Shown piece after piece: positions 12,225-24,669 of a stretch of DNA of 64,000 nt. How positions within the stretch are numbered: the first letter of the stretch is position 1; each line of letters starts with the position of its first letter. The translations under genes and the position numbers were made by a program. Under the pieces are notes generated by a model, which did not search any database, was not told where the DNA came from, and was given only the letters and a program-made list of their open reading frames with translations. Source of the stretch: Octopus sinensis. Its lineage: Eukaryota. The stretch is taken from contig NC_042997.1 in NCBI RefSeq assembly GCF_006345805.1, positions 20,026,001 to 20,090,000 of the forward strand, in the 5' to 3' direction.

Positions 12225-13936
12225 ATATTTATAAAATCAATAGCAAATGAAACAATATTAATACCAAAAAGTATTTCTCCCGCCCTTAAAAGTCGATGTA
12301 TTAGAACACAAAATACTGCATAATTTACCATGAAAGAACTTCTCCTATGTACTTGTGGTGCATATAAGCACTTGTGTTTATATTGCTAGTGGAAGATAAT
12401 TGTCTGCTACTGCACAAGTCCATTTGACAACCAGCAGTAGGCGATTAGATATGTTATTCATTAGAAGAAAAGGATTTGAAAGTAAAAATGTACATGTTTA
12501 AAAATTCTTGTGTTCATACTTTCAGATGCCTGGGAAGTAAAGATCACATTGAAAACTGCCACCATGCCACCTTTTTATTTCTACATACTTCCTCTCCTCT
12601 AAATGATTTAGTTTCAATGACCAGACAGGAATCCCAAACCAGCAAAATATCTCTACTCTGCATTTGGCAGACTATGCCTGTGCTAAGCTGACATTTACTT
12701 CAGTTAACAGATGAAAAGGCAGGTTAAGTAAAATATTACATTACCATGCTACTGTTTTGTAACACAACATTGATATACAACACTAAAATACCCAGTAATT
12801 TTCACTGGATTATTTTGTCAATATGGATAACGTCAATTTGATGAAATAGATAAATTTGAGATTATTGTTTCTAGACACAGGTTGTTTTTTGTGCTCAAGT
12901 TAACTTATTGAACAAACCTATAATAAAATGCATTCCACATATGACCATCCATTCTGTTTGAATGGCCATGTATTTAGAGTTCAACATGCCCTTTATTGTT
13001 TTGGATCAGTATGAGAGAGATTTGGTTGCTACATTTGAACAAGCAACAGGATACAAAATGATTTCCTGGTCTTTCATAAAATCACAGAGAAAAATGGACA
13101 AAGAATCAAATAAAAGTACATAGAAGGGAAACAGATTTCAATTGATTTCTCGTGAGGAGTAAAAAAGTGGCTCGCTTTAATGACATGCTCTTCTTCAAGG
13201 AAAAACACTGTAGAGGTCGTATTATCATGGTTGCAAAATTGCAGTTGAGTGCCTGAAAGAAAGTAGTGATTTGGTAGGGCAGATATGGGGAGATAAGGGA
13301 GGAAAAAGAGAGTGTGAGGCGTGAATATTGTGGGAAATGTATGAGTAATGTGAGAGCTATATAATGTTAGTAGGAATAAAGTGTGAAGAAAAAGTCATCA
13401 AAGTTTGTATCAAGATCCAGGTCAGTTGATGTAGGAATGAAGAGAGAAGGGTCAGGTAAGGTGAATTTTGGAGATAAGTGATAAATCAAGGGAAAGAAGA
13501 CTATGAACGAAAGGTCATATACATAACACAGATACGTACACAATAAACAAGGTGAGAGACTGGGGAACAAAAGAGAATGAGTAAGCAAAGAAGAAATTAA
13601 ATGGCTATGATGAAAGGGGAAAAAAAAAGAGTGTAAGAATCATAAGAATAGTCAGAATTACAGAGACAAAACTACTGAGAAATTATGACTGAAAAGTATA
13701 GTAAACTATGATGAGAGTTGAGGAAGTGGGATAGAGAGCAACAATGAACAAAGAACAACAAATAAATACCCCAACTATATAAACTGTGTTATATGACACA
13801 AACTGCACTTAACAAACATGACTGAGATATGTATATACCCATAGATGTATAAAGCTATATATACAAAACAATATAAACAAATACAGGCCATAACGAACAG
13901 AAATAGTTTTCATGTGTGGAAGGGATGAAAGCAGAA

Positions 13937-14260
13937 TCAGAGGAAGATGAAACATGTATTAAGACATTTTGGAGCAAAGGTATTCAAATTGAAAGTAGGG
14001 CAATTCTTCTTTATCTTTGTGAGTTTTGGAAGAACCAAATTATTGCAGGACACCACAGACTGAGAGTGAACAGAAGTGCTGAAGTGTGATGCCACTGGTT
14101 GAAGACTCACTGGGTATTGGAAATATCCAGCAAATACTTAGAGAACCTGTTTCTCAAAATGGTGACAGATTGTCTAAGTTTAGTTAGTGTGCTGCAGATC
14201 TTGCAAGCTATGGAGTATATTAGGTTAGAGAAGGTGCTGTCAAGTGGTTAATCATGTTCA
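13937..14260 (-). mobile_element. Penelope-like GIY-YIG endonuclease remnant
   Basis: TFSNLIYSIACKICST...LRNRFSKYLLDIS, then after a frameshift QPVASHFSTSVHS...FNLNTFAPKCLNTCFIFL*. This follows the PLE pattern NLIY-CxxC...RF.EHL.DI...PVA.HF..GHS...LGTL.P.GLN. Confidence 0.6.
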
Positions 14261-15860
14261 CATGTAAGAACCAAATAATTCAAACAGGGGATAAATTTTA
14301 TGGAAGAAAAGGTGAGGAAGAATTGTGTTTTTATAGAAAGAGGTGTTATACTTAATAGGTATGTCTTTAAATTGTTTCTCTGTTGTCATTTCCTTCCCTA
14401 CTTTGAACATTTTTTATTTTATTTGTATTGTTCCTTTTATTTTCTTTCCTCTCTGGCAAATTGCTCTTTCATTCACATGCTAGCTCTCAATTCTTCTGCC
14501 TTATTCTTCACTGTTATAATATTTTCCCTTCTTTCTCTCACAAATTCAAATTTATTTATCCTCCAATATCAATTGACATTTCATTGCATTCTGACAAATG
14601 GTTCTATTCAAAACATTAGACTTCACCCTAATGTTTGAAACTTAACATACTGTTTAAAATATTTGAATAACGTTCTTGATAAAACAGAACAACACTCTTT
14701 TCTTAGATTCTACTGGTATATTTTAAGTATGAAATTTTACATATTTTATACTCAAAAATGCGAAACATTATTAAATATACATATTTGAATGATTATGGTT
14801 TGTCTCCTTAGAATATTTAATGATGTTTGCGTTTGTGTTGTATTCCAGTCTTCTGGTTCCTGTTTGTATTTTCCTTTGACTTTACAACCATATGAAGGAT
14901 CACCCTTAAAATCAGGCAGATTCAATTTTTTTATGATATACATTGATATTTCAAAACATGCACTAAAATTTATTTTTATTACGATATTTTACAGAAATGG
15001 TGGTAGAGACGCAGACTAAGTGTCTTGCGATATTTAGTTACATCCCATTATGTTTCTGATTTAAAATACCACTTGTATTTCATCCACACCACCACCAACA
15101 CTCCAGTCAATAAAATATGTACTGGAGTTGATTCAATTGATTACATGCCTAAAATTTTGTGGCTTTATGTCAAACTAAAAAAAAAAAATCGATATCATGT
15201 TGGAACACATGTGCATGCAAACACATATAGACACGCATTCACACACAGACACAGACACACTCACACACACACACACACACACACGCACAATCTATAAATC
15301 TATATTTTCTTATTTTTCAATATTAACTTACAGTCAGAGAGATAAAAGGCTGTTAAGTTTTGCATGTGATGAAATAACATTTTCTCTTGTTTGATTATTT
15401 CTAAATTTGAAACAGGGGTCAAAGGTCTGCCAAACAGTTTATTTGGCAAAAGTAGACAATCCAAATGCTATGCAACAGTTTTATGCTTGCGGAAACTGCT
15501 GCATCATTTTTTGTATCAATTTTGGCAGCTCGCTTGCCTAATCCATACAGCAATATGAAATAAATATTAAAACAACAGGCATGGGTTCAAGCTTCATTGT
15601 TTAAGCAGTTTATTTTACATCCACTTAGCTTCTGGTTTGATCTCATTGTGTTGTACCTCGGTTAGTGTGGAAATCTGCTATAAATGTGTACATATATGTG
15701 TTAATGTGTATCCTTTATTGCTTATGTTGGTGAATAAACTAAGGAACTAGTGCTCTTCAGATGTGAAATTTGTTCTGCATCAAGTTTGCAATCATAAAAA
15801 CAATAAACTGAGGATTGTCTTATTCAAAACCTTTAATCATTAATGCTCTTAGTCACAAAT

Positions 15861-16135
15861 TCATCATCATCATCATTTAACGTCCGGTTTCCAAGCTAGC
15901 ATGGGTTGGACGATTTGACTGAGGTCTAGCGAACCAGATGGCTGCACCAGACTCCAATCTGATCTGGCAGAGTTTCTACAGCTGGATGCCCTTCCTAACC
16001 CAACAACTCCAAGAGTGTAGTGGGTGCTTTTATGTGCCACCTGCATGAGGGCCAGTCCAGCAGCACTGGCAACGACCTCACTCAAATGTTTTTCGCGTGT
16101 CACCAGCACAAGTGCTAGTATGGCCACACAGGTAA
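15861..16135 (-). mobile_element. Short RTE-tail-type repeat
   Basis: (CAT)n TTTAACGTCC..GCTAGCATGGGTTGGACG..CAGCTGGATGCCCTTCCTAAC. Confidence 0.85.
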
Positions 16136-16989
16136 CAATCATGCACGAATGTAAAATATAATTGTATATCTAGCTTTTTAATCGCAGGAAAGCTATGGTC
16201 AACACAATTCCAATACTAACTAAGATATAAAAATAAACACTCCTCTACAATCTAGTCATGTTGTCACAGTGTTTCTGCAATTTTTGCTGTACTTCACAGC
16301 TTTATTATTAAAGGTACTTTATAGAGTATTACAAATAGTTTAACTGTTATATTGTTTAAATGGCTGTAATAAAATTTTAAATGAAATTAACATTAAAACA
16401 GCATTCTAGTATATTATGTTTATTGGTCAAAATAATTGTTTAGATTTTATTGCTCAATATTAATAAACTGAATCTTTTGCTGAAAATGGCATTCAGGAAA
16501 TTTTTATATTGTATTAAAACTTGAGGTAATCAAGATCAATAAGATATTAATGATGGAAAAAGAAAATAATGTATGCTTTCTCATCATAAATTATTTTAAT
16601 TTTTATTGTTGTTGTTGTTGAGCCTTAGGTCACTCCTCATAGAGCAGACTTATGATCAAAGTGTTCCACTCATGGCTTTCCTATATCTCTTTCTCATTTT
16701 CAAGCATATTTATTCAGCACTTTATTATTTTTAAGATGCCAGGGTTTGATTTAAATGGTGACATAAAGACTCCTTTGTCTGCTCATCTTTTTGTACTTAA
16801 CTTAATTCTAGTTTTCTCTGGTGCTATATAAGGTGGAAACTTGACAGAATCATTAAAGTGTTGGATAGAATATCTTGGAATATTTGTTCAGACTTTCTAT
16901 ATTCTTTAAACATCACCAACATCAACTTTGTCTTTCATCATTCAACAGCCAATAAAAAACAACAAGTCTAAATCAGTGGATTAGCAGAC

Positions 16990-17230
16990 CTATTGGAGGT
17001 TCATGCAAGATGTCTTGCAAGTATCTTTCTTGGCTGTTTACCTTCTGATGACAACATTTGCATTGACATTGATGCTAAGCTGCATTGGCCCAATTTGATG
17101 ACCTTTGGGGTCAGTATTGAGGAGAGGGCTGGACTTGCATACATAGGAAACAACCAACCTTTCTTAGAATATATTGCCTAGGTTTGGATATACAAGTGCA
17201 GATACATGGTCAGTCTTGATTGATGGAGGT
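16990..17230 (+). mobile_element. Very old LINE (RTE-like) RT C-terminal remnant
   Basis: IFLGCLPSDDNICIDIDAKL loosely resembles YLGSTISxDxxIDxDIxxRL; similarity is weak. Confidence 0.3.
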
Positions 17231-17255
17231 TCTCTCTCAATATATACAATATATA

Positions 17256-17467
17256 TGAGGGCGTGCTGAAAAGTTCCTGGCATTGGGTAAGAGAAAATAT
17301 AGAAGGATCAGTTAATTATGATTCTATTCAACATTATCTCATCTTAAATTCACAGATATTGCAACAGTCCTTCAGTTTTTCTAAGCCCTGTAAAAAACTT
17401 GGAAGGTTGGGCCCCTCCAGCCAGGCCTCTCACAATACACTTAAAGCTAGGAACTTTTCAGTACCCC

Positions 17468-17471
<4 letters not shown>
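17256..17471. mobile_element. Mariner-type MITE
   Basis: 26-bp imperfect TIRs TGAGGGCGTGCTGAAAAGTTCCTGGC / GCTAGGAACTTTTCAGTACCCCCTCA, with TA on both sides. Confidence 0.88.
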
Positions 17472-17509
<38 letters not shown>

Positions 17510-17544
17510 TGCAAAATATTTACTTACTTTACTTATATCATTGT

Positions 17545-17790
17545 GACATGGACAAGTGGCTAAAATATTTGATTCTAAACTACATGGTTTCAGGTTCAAT
17601 TACATTACCTGACACCTTGGGCTGGTGTATTTTACTATAGCTCCAAGCTGACCAAAGACTTGTGTGAATAGATTTGGTAGATGGAGAGTGTAAGAAGCTC
17701 ATTGTATATATATTTATATATATGTATATATGTGTGGGTGAGTGATTTTGTATCTCTTTGTTTTGACATTGTGTAACGGCCATAAATGAA
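17545..17790 (+). mobile_element. Old SINE family B copy
   Basis: CATGGTTTCAGGTTCAAT..CACCTTGGGC..GACCAAAGACTTGTG..GATTTGGTAG core. Confidence 0.7.
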
Positions 17791-17999
17791 TGCAACAGTT
17801 GCATAAGGAGTGTTGTTCATGTCCAACCTTCCATGGAAACATGTGCAGTAATGGGAGGAAAATTGCCTTACTTTGAAATAGATGAGGTTTGGTAACAGGA
17901 AGGACGTCTGGCCATAGAAAAATCTCTCCATTTAGCAGGCACAAGTCTTTATCTCTGCAGGAACACAGAGTGGGTCAAGACAGCAGACACAGAGGGACA

Positions 18000-18975
18000 C
18001 ATTCGATCTTAGCATAACAAAAGATACCAACCTGACAGTTGTCAATTTCCTTGACGTATATATTTACAAAAGAATATTTACAAACCATATAGAAGGCCCA
18101 ATGATAGACTTAGTTATATCAAGGTAGGTTCCTGTTACCATCCACATAGTGGTTAACAATTTAGTTACGAATATAAGTAGGAGAATTTCTAGCCTCTCCT
18201 CCAATATAAACATATTTAATAATGCTACCCCATTATATAACAATGCTCTTAAAGCTAGTGGATTTAAAGAGGAAATAGCTTACACCCCTACTATTAGATC
18301 AGAAATAAAGAAAACATAGACACAGGAAAATTATCTGGTTTACACCCTCTTACTCCCCCAAAGTGACCTTTAATATAGGTAAATATTTCTTGTCACTTAT
18401 AGATAGACATTTTCCAATACATCACAAATATACAAAACTCTTTAATAGGCTTAATGTAAAAATTAGTTTTTGTTCCACCCCAAACTTTAAAAGCATAATT
18501 ACATACAATGCAACACAACAACATGAAGCTGACTGCTCCTGCAGGGATAAAGACTTGTGCACACTAAACTGAGTTTGTATGACTTAAGGCCATTATTTAT
18601 GAAGCCACTGTAAATTCTATGAACGATAGTAATACAGTTTCATCCAAGAGATATGTGGATCTCAGAGAAGGAAATTTCAAAGCAAGATTCAACAATCACA
18701 TCTTAAGCTTCAGACACCAGAATAAATGAAAAACTACCAAATTATCCAGTTATATATGGTTCTTAAAAGAACAAGGTGTCAACTGCAGGATTTACTGGAA
18801 GATCTTAGCCAAGTGTAAACCTTATACCAACAGTAGTGGTAAGTGTGATCTTTGTAATATGGAAAGATGACTTATCTGGAAAAGTTCCTTGAACCCCACT
18901 ACATGTCTAAATTCAAGAACTGACCTTTTTGGATCATATCCACACTTTGCAAAATACCCATTATGGTTTTGGGTC
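18000..18975 (+). mobile_element. Penelope-like element fragment (RT C-terminus + GIY-YIG)
   Basis: VVNFLDV, YKPYRRPNDRLSYI, RRISSLSSNINIFNNATPLYNNALKASGF, RKIIWFTPSYS, NIGKYFLSLIDRHFP, LFNRLNVKISFCSTPNFKSII, ARFNNHILSFRH, LSSYIWFLKE, WKILAKCKPY..SGKCDLCNME. Confidence 0.9.
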
Positions 18976-19233
18976 TCCCAAAATCACAGCTAGAATTCAC
19001 ATTTTTACTATGTTCCTGCACAAGCTTTCCAATATGTTTTAACTTCCATTAATTTTTAATTTTAATCTATTTTATACATATATATCTTTTCCTTTTTCCT
19101 TTTTAATTGTGTGAATGTGTACGTGTATGTGCATATGTGCAACATTCATGTACACATCCCCTTCATTTATACAGATATGCATATGTTTGTATATGTGTGG
19201 GTGTAGTTGTGTGATGGGAGGGTGTATATACAC

Positions 19234-19312
<79 letters not shown>

Positions 19313-19339
19313 TTATATATATATATTTATAAATATATA

Positions 19340-19582
19340 TGTACATTATTTACATTTCACTGATATTTGTCCTCATCTTGTTTGTTGCTAACACAACGTT
19401 TCAGCTGATATACCTTCCAGCCTTCATCAGGTGTCTTGGAGAAATTTCAAACCTGGGTTCTCATTCCTATAGTATTTTTCGATGTTATTATTATTATTGT
19501 TAATTATTCAGGTCACTGCCTGGAATCGAACTTGGAATCTTGGGAATAGTAGCTCATGCTCTTAACCACTACGTCATATGCC
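19340..19582 (-). mobile_element. tRNA-derived SINE (family D) with a Penelope-like tail
   Basis: A-box TGACGTAGTGG (19566-19576), B-box GTTCGATTCC (19522-19531), an (AAT)n linker, then a tail containing CTGATGA...GAAACGTT; flanked by TA repeats. Confidence 0.85.
19390..19435 (-). ncRNA. Minimal type-I hammerhead ribozyme motif
   Basis: GACAC-CUGAUGA-A-GGCUG(GAAGGUAUAU)CAGCU-GAAAC-GUU-GUGUU. Core intact; 5-bp stem II; 5-bp stem I (GACAC/GUGUU); loopless stem III through the palindrome AACGUU; predicted cleavage after GUU. Confidence 0.75.
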
Positions 19583-19599
19583 CACGGGCATATATATAT

Positions 19600-19790
19600 A
19601 AAAGTAAAAGTAAATAGATGTATGTGTATGTATATGTATATATATATATATATATGTACATACAGACACACATACATACACACATACATACACACATACA
19701 TATGCACACACAGACACACATACATACACACATACATATATATATATATGAGAGGGAGAGAGAAAGAGAAAGAGAGACAGACAGGCAGAT
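19600..19790. repeat. Compound (TA)/(CATA)/(GA) microsatellites
   Basis: Read directly; explains the spurious ORFs at 19513-19876. Confidence 0.95.
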
Positions 19791-22085
19791 TCCTAAATGA
19801 AGAGATAGAAACTACTGACGCCATGAAGTATGACTATATGAGTGATAGGGAGAGAGAGATATTAAATGAGATGTAGGCTGTGCACAAACAAATGCTGAAT
19901 ATTTAGCAAAAAAATTTAGATCGATAAATAAGCTAAGTTCAGAAGGAGTTTTAAAGATTCCATATATATATTTATATCTATAGAACTGTTATACTGTTAC
20001 AATAATATGGCTTTGAGTGATTTGATTAGAAAGTTATAGAATTCTTTAGATATGAATAGACTGAACCTACCAGTTATTGGCTCTTCTTTATAAATTAAAA
20101 TTTGATAACAAACAACCTCAGCTGCTTAGTGAAATTTTTATGAAAATATATGAGAAAGATTTTATTATGAAACTCATTGCACCATTTCAATAAATGAAAT
20201 GAGTTATGGTTATAATTTTAAGAATTCTGCCATTTCATTAGGTAGAAGTTAGGTTTTCAGTCATTTTAACTTCAGTTTCAAGTATTTCTCATTTACTGGA
20301 AATGATGTAAATCCATAAATCTCAAATTGAAACTTTATTTTATTTTATGTTTTTCAAAGAAGGCATTCATTTGAATTTCATTTCCTTTTTTTATCTTCCT
20401 TTTTTATCTCATAGATTTAATCAAATTAAATGTATGAGATTATATAATTTAATTGAAAGCAAACGTTGAATAGGAACCTTTCTGATTTCATTAATTTACA
20501 CATTTCAAATTTTGCTAAATTGTACTTATCTAAATCTCAGAGGTGATTTTTAGTTTTTATTTGAATCAAATAGCAATATTCTTTATATTTTGATTTAGAA
20601 TGCTATATATTGAGTATATATGGAAGTATATGATAAGATTTTTATTATTTTTTTTTAAATAGTTATGATTTAGATGAGTTTTACATGGCTGCACATATCA
20701 CTGTTTATTACTAGCTTACAATGTCATAACTAGTACATCTTATCTACATCTTTGTTTACCTCAGTTCTTATTGCTTTTACATAAGTGAATAACAGCTAAT
20801 TGACTTTTAAACTGAATATTTCACCAGTCAGATATCATTGGTCCTTTATTTATTATTGAACTCAAATTTTCTTGCTATCTTTTTGGGGTTAATAAAAAAA
20901 TAAATCATCAATCCAGCCTATGGATTGACAAACTAAAAGAACATCAGATCAGATAGTTTGCAGTATTTGCTAAGTTCAGATCTTGTCATGAACTACTATA
21001 TTTGATAGCTTTCATAAGAAAAGAAGAAAATAATGCTCCATCCAAAAATAAAAGTAATTTTTAAAACTCTCTATTCAACTAATAATCTTTCTTTGCAGCA
21101 TTTCCATACTATTTTCTTTTCAGTATGTCTGAAAACATTAGCATTAATATTTCAAACAGACTTCTCCTCTCATTACCATTATGACATCAAAATTTGTACA
21201 GATATTGTTATTTCTATTATTCAAAACACATTGTACTTTTCATCTTTGTGATGTAAACACCTCACTCTGAACTTCTCCCCCACCACCTCTACATACTCTT
21301 GATGTCATTTTTGTCATCTAGCTTCTTAATAAGATTCCTTGCTTACCCCATTATCTCACTTCTTCTAAACCTGTACCTTAGTTTTAAATTCGTCATGTCC
21401 CTTATCATTTGGTTGGATTCTTGCTCCATTCATAAAAGCAGCTCAATACAGGCTGCCAATTAAGAATGCTCAGTTGTCTTCTAGAGTTATATATGTCCAC
21501 TTCTTTGCTGTAATGAGTTGCACAAGTAAAAGACCACAGTCTGCTCAGAATAGAGACTAAATCTCTCTCAAATTGCTCCCTACCAGCTTAACCTTTTAGC
21601 ATTTAATTCAACCCTATCAGGCCTTAAATATTTCACTTGTTTTATATCGAAACAGGTCAGATCCAATCTCTCATATTTTCTCTACAATGTTATCCCAAAA
21701 ATAAACAATCACATCATCAAAATCTCAAAGTTATGAGATAATACATGATTAATTCAAAACAGAGAGAGTGAGTGAGTGAGTGAGTGAGTGAGTGGTTCAT
21801 AATGGTGGATGTCTTTTAATGTATACACTCATATAGAAAATGTGCTGGAACCTTCGTTGTCATATAAAATATTTATGATAGTTGACTTATGGAAAAGATT
21901 ATAATTTAAAATTTTTGTAATGCAAATAAGTCACTGAAAATAAAGTGTAGTTGGTAGCAGAAATAGTACTGAATCTTTTGACACCTCATATTTCAAAATT
22001 GACAACTCTGTTTTGGAATGCATAAGGGACATACGCACACACACATACACACACACACACATACAAACTCACTTTTATAGATATA

Positions 22086-23000
22086 TTAGTAATGCATCCT
22101 GGCGTTGCCCAGGTGTTATAAACTACAAGCTTCATTTTATTATTTGCTCCTTTCTTATGGTCACAATCGGCACAGCTGATATATAGTTAATGGAAGTTAT
22201 TTTTTGCTTAATAGTGAAGGGCAAAGGTATAATTTGCATGGGTTTGCATGAAAGTGCTTTCTGTTCTTACGAAGGATCAGGAACTATGTATTGTTTCATC
22301 GTATAAAAGGGGGTTAACACGATTTTGTCCAAAAATCACATTTTCAAAATTTTTAATTTATCCCATTGCAATTTCTTAATTTGTAACTTTTTCAAAATAT
22401 TTTTTAAAATTTTGTTATCTACATAGAAAAATATAAAGATTTTATATATATATATATATTATAGTTTAATTTTTCTTAAAGAAACACTCAATGACCCTCC
22501 CCCCTTCTCGCCTACCCGTCACCTACCAGCTTTCAAAAGGCTAAAAATCTACCAATCTTTCATATTTGTCTGAGGTTTCCAGCATGCATAGAATTCTACT
22601 GAAATATTAGACTTAAAAAATACAAGACCACCACTAGAAAACCCAACATGCTAGAAAGAACAGTAAATGATATTATTTCTGAAGACACTTCCCTGCTTTC
22701 CAAAAAGCTAAAAGTGAAACATTGGGAGTGTGTAGCTGTTTGAAAGTGGTGAGGTGATGGGTAAAATTCTTAAAGATTCGTACACTCTGTTTTTTCCTCC
22801 ATGGATTACAAAGAAAAGAATTTTGAAAAAGTAAAAAAAATTAATTTGAGAACGTGTTTTGTGGATGAAATAATATTTTGTGGGTAAAAAAATATTGAGA
22901 ACATATTTTGTGGGTGAAATCTTAATCTCCTGTATTGCAAACATAGGAATCAGAGAAAAAAATAAGGAGTTGAGGAGATGGAAATGTCACCTCGGACATG
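22086..23000 (-). mobile_element. Helitron 3' terminus and probable non-autonomous body (5' extent uncertain)
   Basis: Minus strand: hairpin CCTGG-GCAACG-CCAGG (22098-22113), 8 nt, then CTAA (CTRR; 22086-22089) followed by T. This is the canonical Helitron 3' end. The body assignment is inference. Confidence 0.55.
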
Positions 23001-23426
23001 CTAGAAAGAAGAGGTAAGGGACAGGATTTCTGGGAAAACTTCCCTTTAAGTTTGAATCGAAGATCAGGTTTTTAAATACATTCATCACAAACACACATTA
23101 CACAATAGAAAAGATCATTTCAATTGGGTTTGAGCCGTACATTTGCTGCTCAAAATTTGCACGTGCACACTGCAAGAATTAACTTAATTTGCATATTTCA
23201 TGGCATTCTTTCATTTGAAGAAGCAAAGTTGTCAACTCGACGTATATGGGATCATATGATTGTTTGTTAATTTCTGTAAAATTGTTTTAATTTCTGTATG
23301 CCTTGAAGACAGCAGAAATTGAAAGAGAGGATAAACTGAAAAGGTGACATTTAATTTGAAGTGAGAGGAGAAAGTAAAAGAGAGGAGAAAGTATAAGATG
23401 TACATGTATATGAAATGGACATGTGT

Positions 23427-23467
<41 letters not shown>

Positions 23468-24535
23468 AGTGAGTGAAGTGTGTGTTGTGATGTAGGAAAT
23501 TTTTTGCATATATGTGTATGTGGCACTCACTCTTTCTCTCTCTCTCTCTCTCTCACGCATACACATTATCTTTCATATACATGTACATGAATAGGTGGAG
23601 GTAAAGAATACGCACACCATCCGTTTTCGCCATAACACTAACCCTAAACACCAGGAGTGCATATTCTTGACCTTCGCCCATAAATACATATGCATACATC
23701 TTTTTTGTGCATGAGAGAGAGAGAGAGAGAAAGAGAGAGGGGGGAAAGAGAGAGTGAAGCTATATTTCCTCATGACATATAGAAAAATGGATGACTTTTA
23801 ATGCAATATTTTGGGTTGTGGCTTATTTTAATACAATATTTATGTGTACATTTTCATAAATGTTTGTCTGAGTAGAATTCTATGTATGTGTGAAATATAG
23901 GAGGAAAGTGATACATTAGAAGCAAATCAAAATAGTGTCCGAGAATGATCTGAAAATTGTGTGACCCAACCTAGTTGCCGAGGTTATTTTAGTTGTAAAA
24001 AAATGAGTTGTTGAGTCAAATACATAGTTTATTTGATAGATAGATAATAAGCAGCTTTATTACAATACACATGTGACTAATTCGGAAAACATTACTTTCT
24101 TTATTCACACATCGTCACTCTCGTAATGCGACAGTTTGTAATTTTGGTTCAAATTGAATGTGTGAAACTATTTCCATTTCGTAATGAAACCTGGTCGTTG
24201 TAGAGAAGTGTATTTGAAATAACTGTAACAGGATCTGGAATCGGTATCACTGAAGGGGTGTCCGATCCGATCCCGTCACATTCAACTTAATTAGATAAAA
24301 CAGACGAAGTCAGGTTATCTGGGAAAGACAGCAAATTGTTGTTGTGCGTGTTTTCTGAGGGGAAACGACAGCCGAATCTTTATACTGCTTCTTGTTGGTT
24401 GATTGCAGTGATTCGATGCGGTCCGTTGCTAAGCCGGTGTAGAGTTCTCAGAGACTACCAAATGCACGTCTGTTCACGAGGGCTGAAAGCGCCAGAGAGA
24501 GTGAGTGAGTGGACTGTGCCTTAGGGGTCAGTTTC

Positions 24536-24602
24536 CCGCACATGCGCATGGAGAAGACTTCCGGTGGCCACCCGGAAGTAGTCCTATTCTGCGCATGCGC
24601 GC
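24536..24602. promoter_or_regulatory. CpG-rich promoter-like module: NRF1-like / ETS / ETS / NRF1
   Basis: GCACATGCGCATG (24538-24550), ACTTCCGG (24557-24564), CCGGAAGT (24572-24579), TGCGCATGCGC (24590-24600), at the edge of a locally CpG- and GC-rich island (about 24230-24605) in an AT-rich window. Confidence 0.7.
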
Positions 24603-24669
24603 TGAACCTTACACAGTAGCATCACTACATAACTATAGCTGGTTATTGAGATAACGTAAAAAATATGTA

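Noticed and set aside
12524-12722. Segment with an acceptor and a donor on + (similar cases at 8356, 15416, 48238, 62373)
   Set aside because: All frames are interrupted by stops or unlinked; such splice-like signals are common in AT-rich DNA and need transcript evidence.
19513-19876. ORFs of 60-106 aa here and similar ones at 39073, 44333, 54022 and 63634
   Set aside because: They are translations of (TA)n/(CA)n/(GA)n microsatellites and SINEs.
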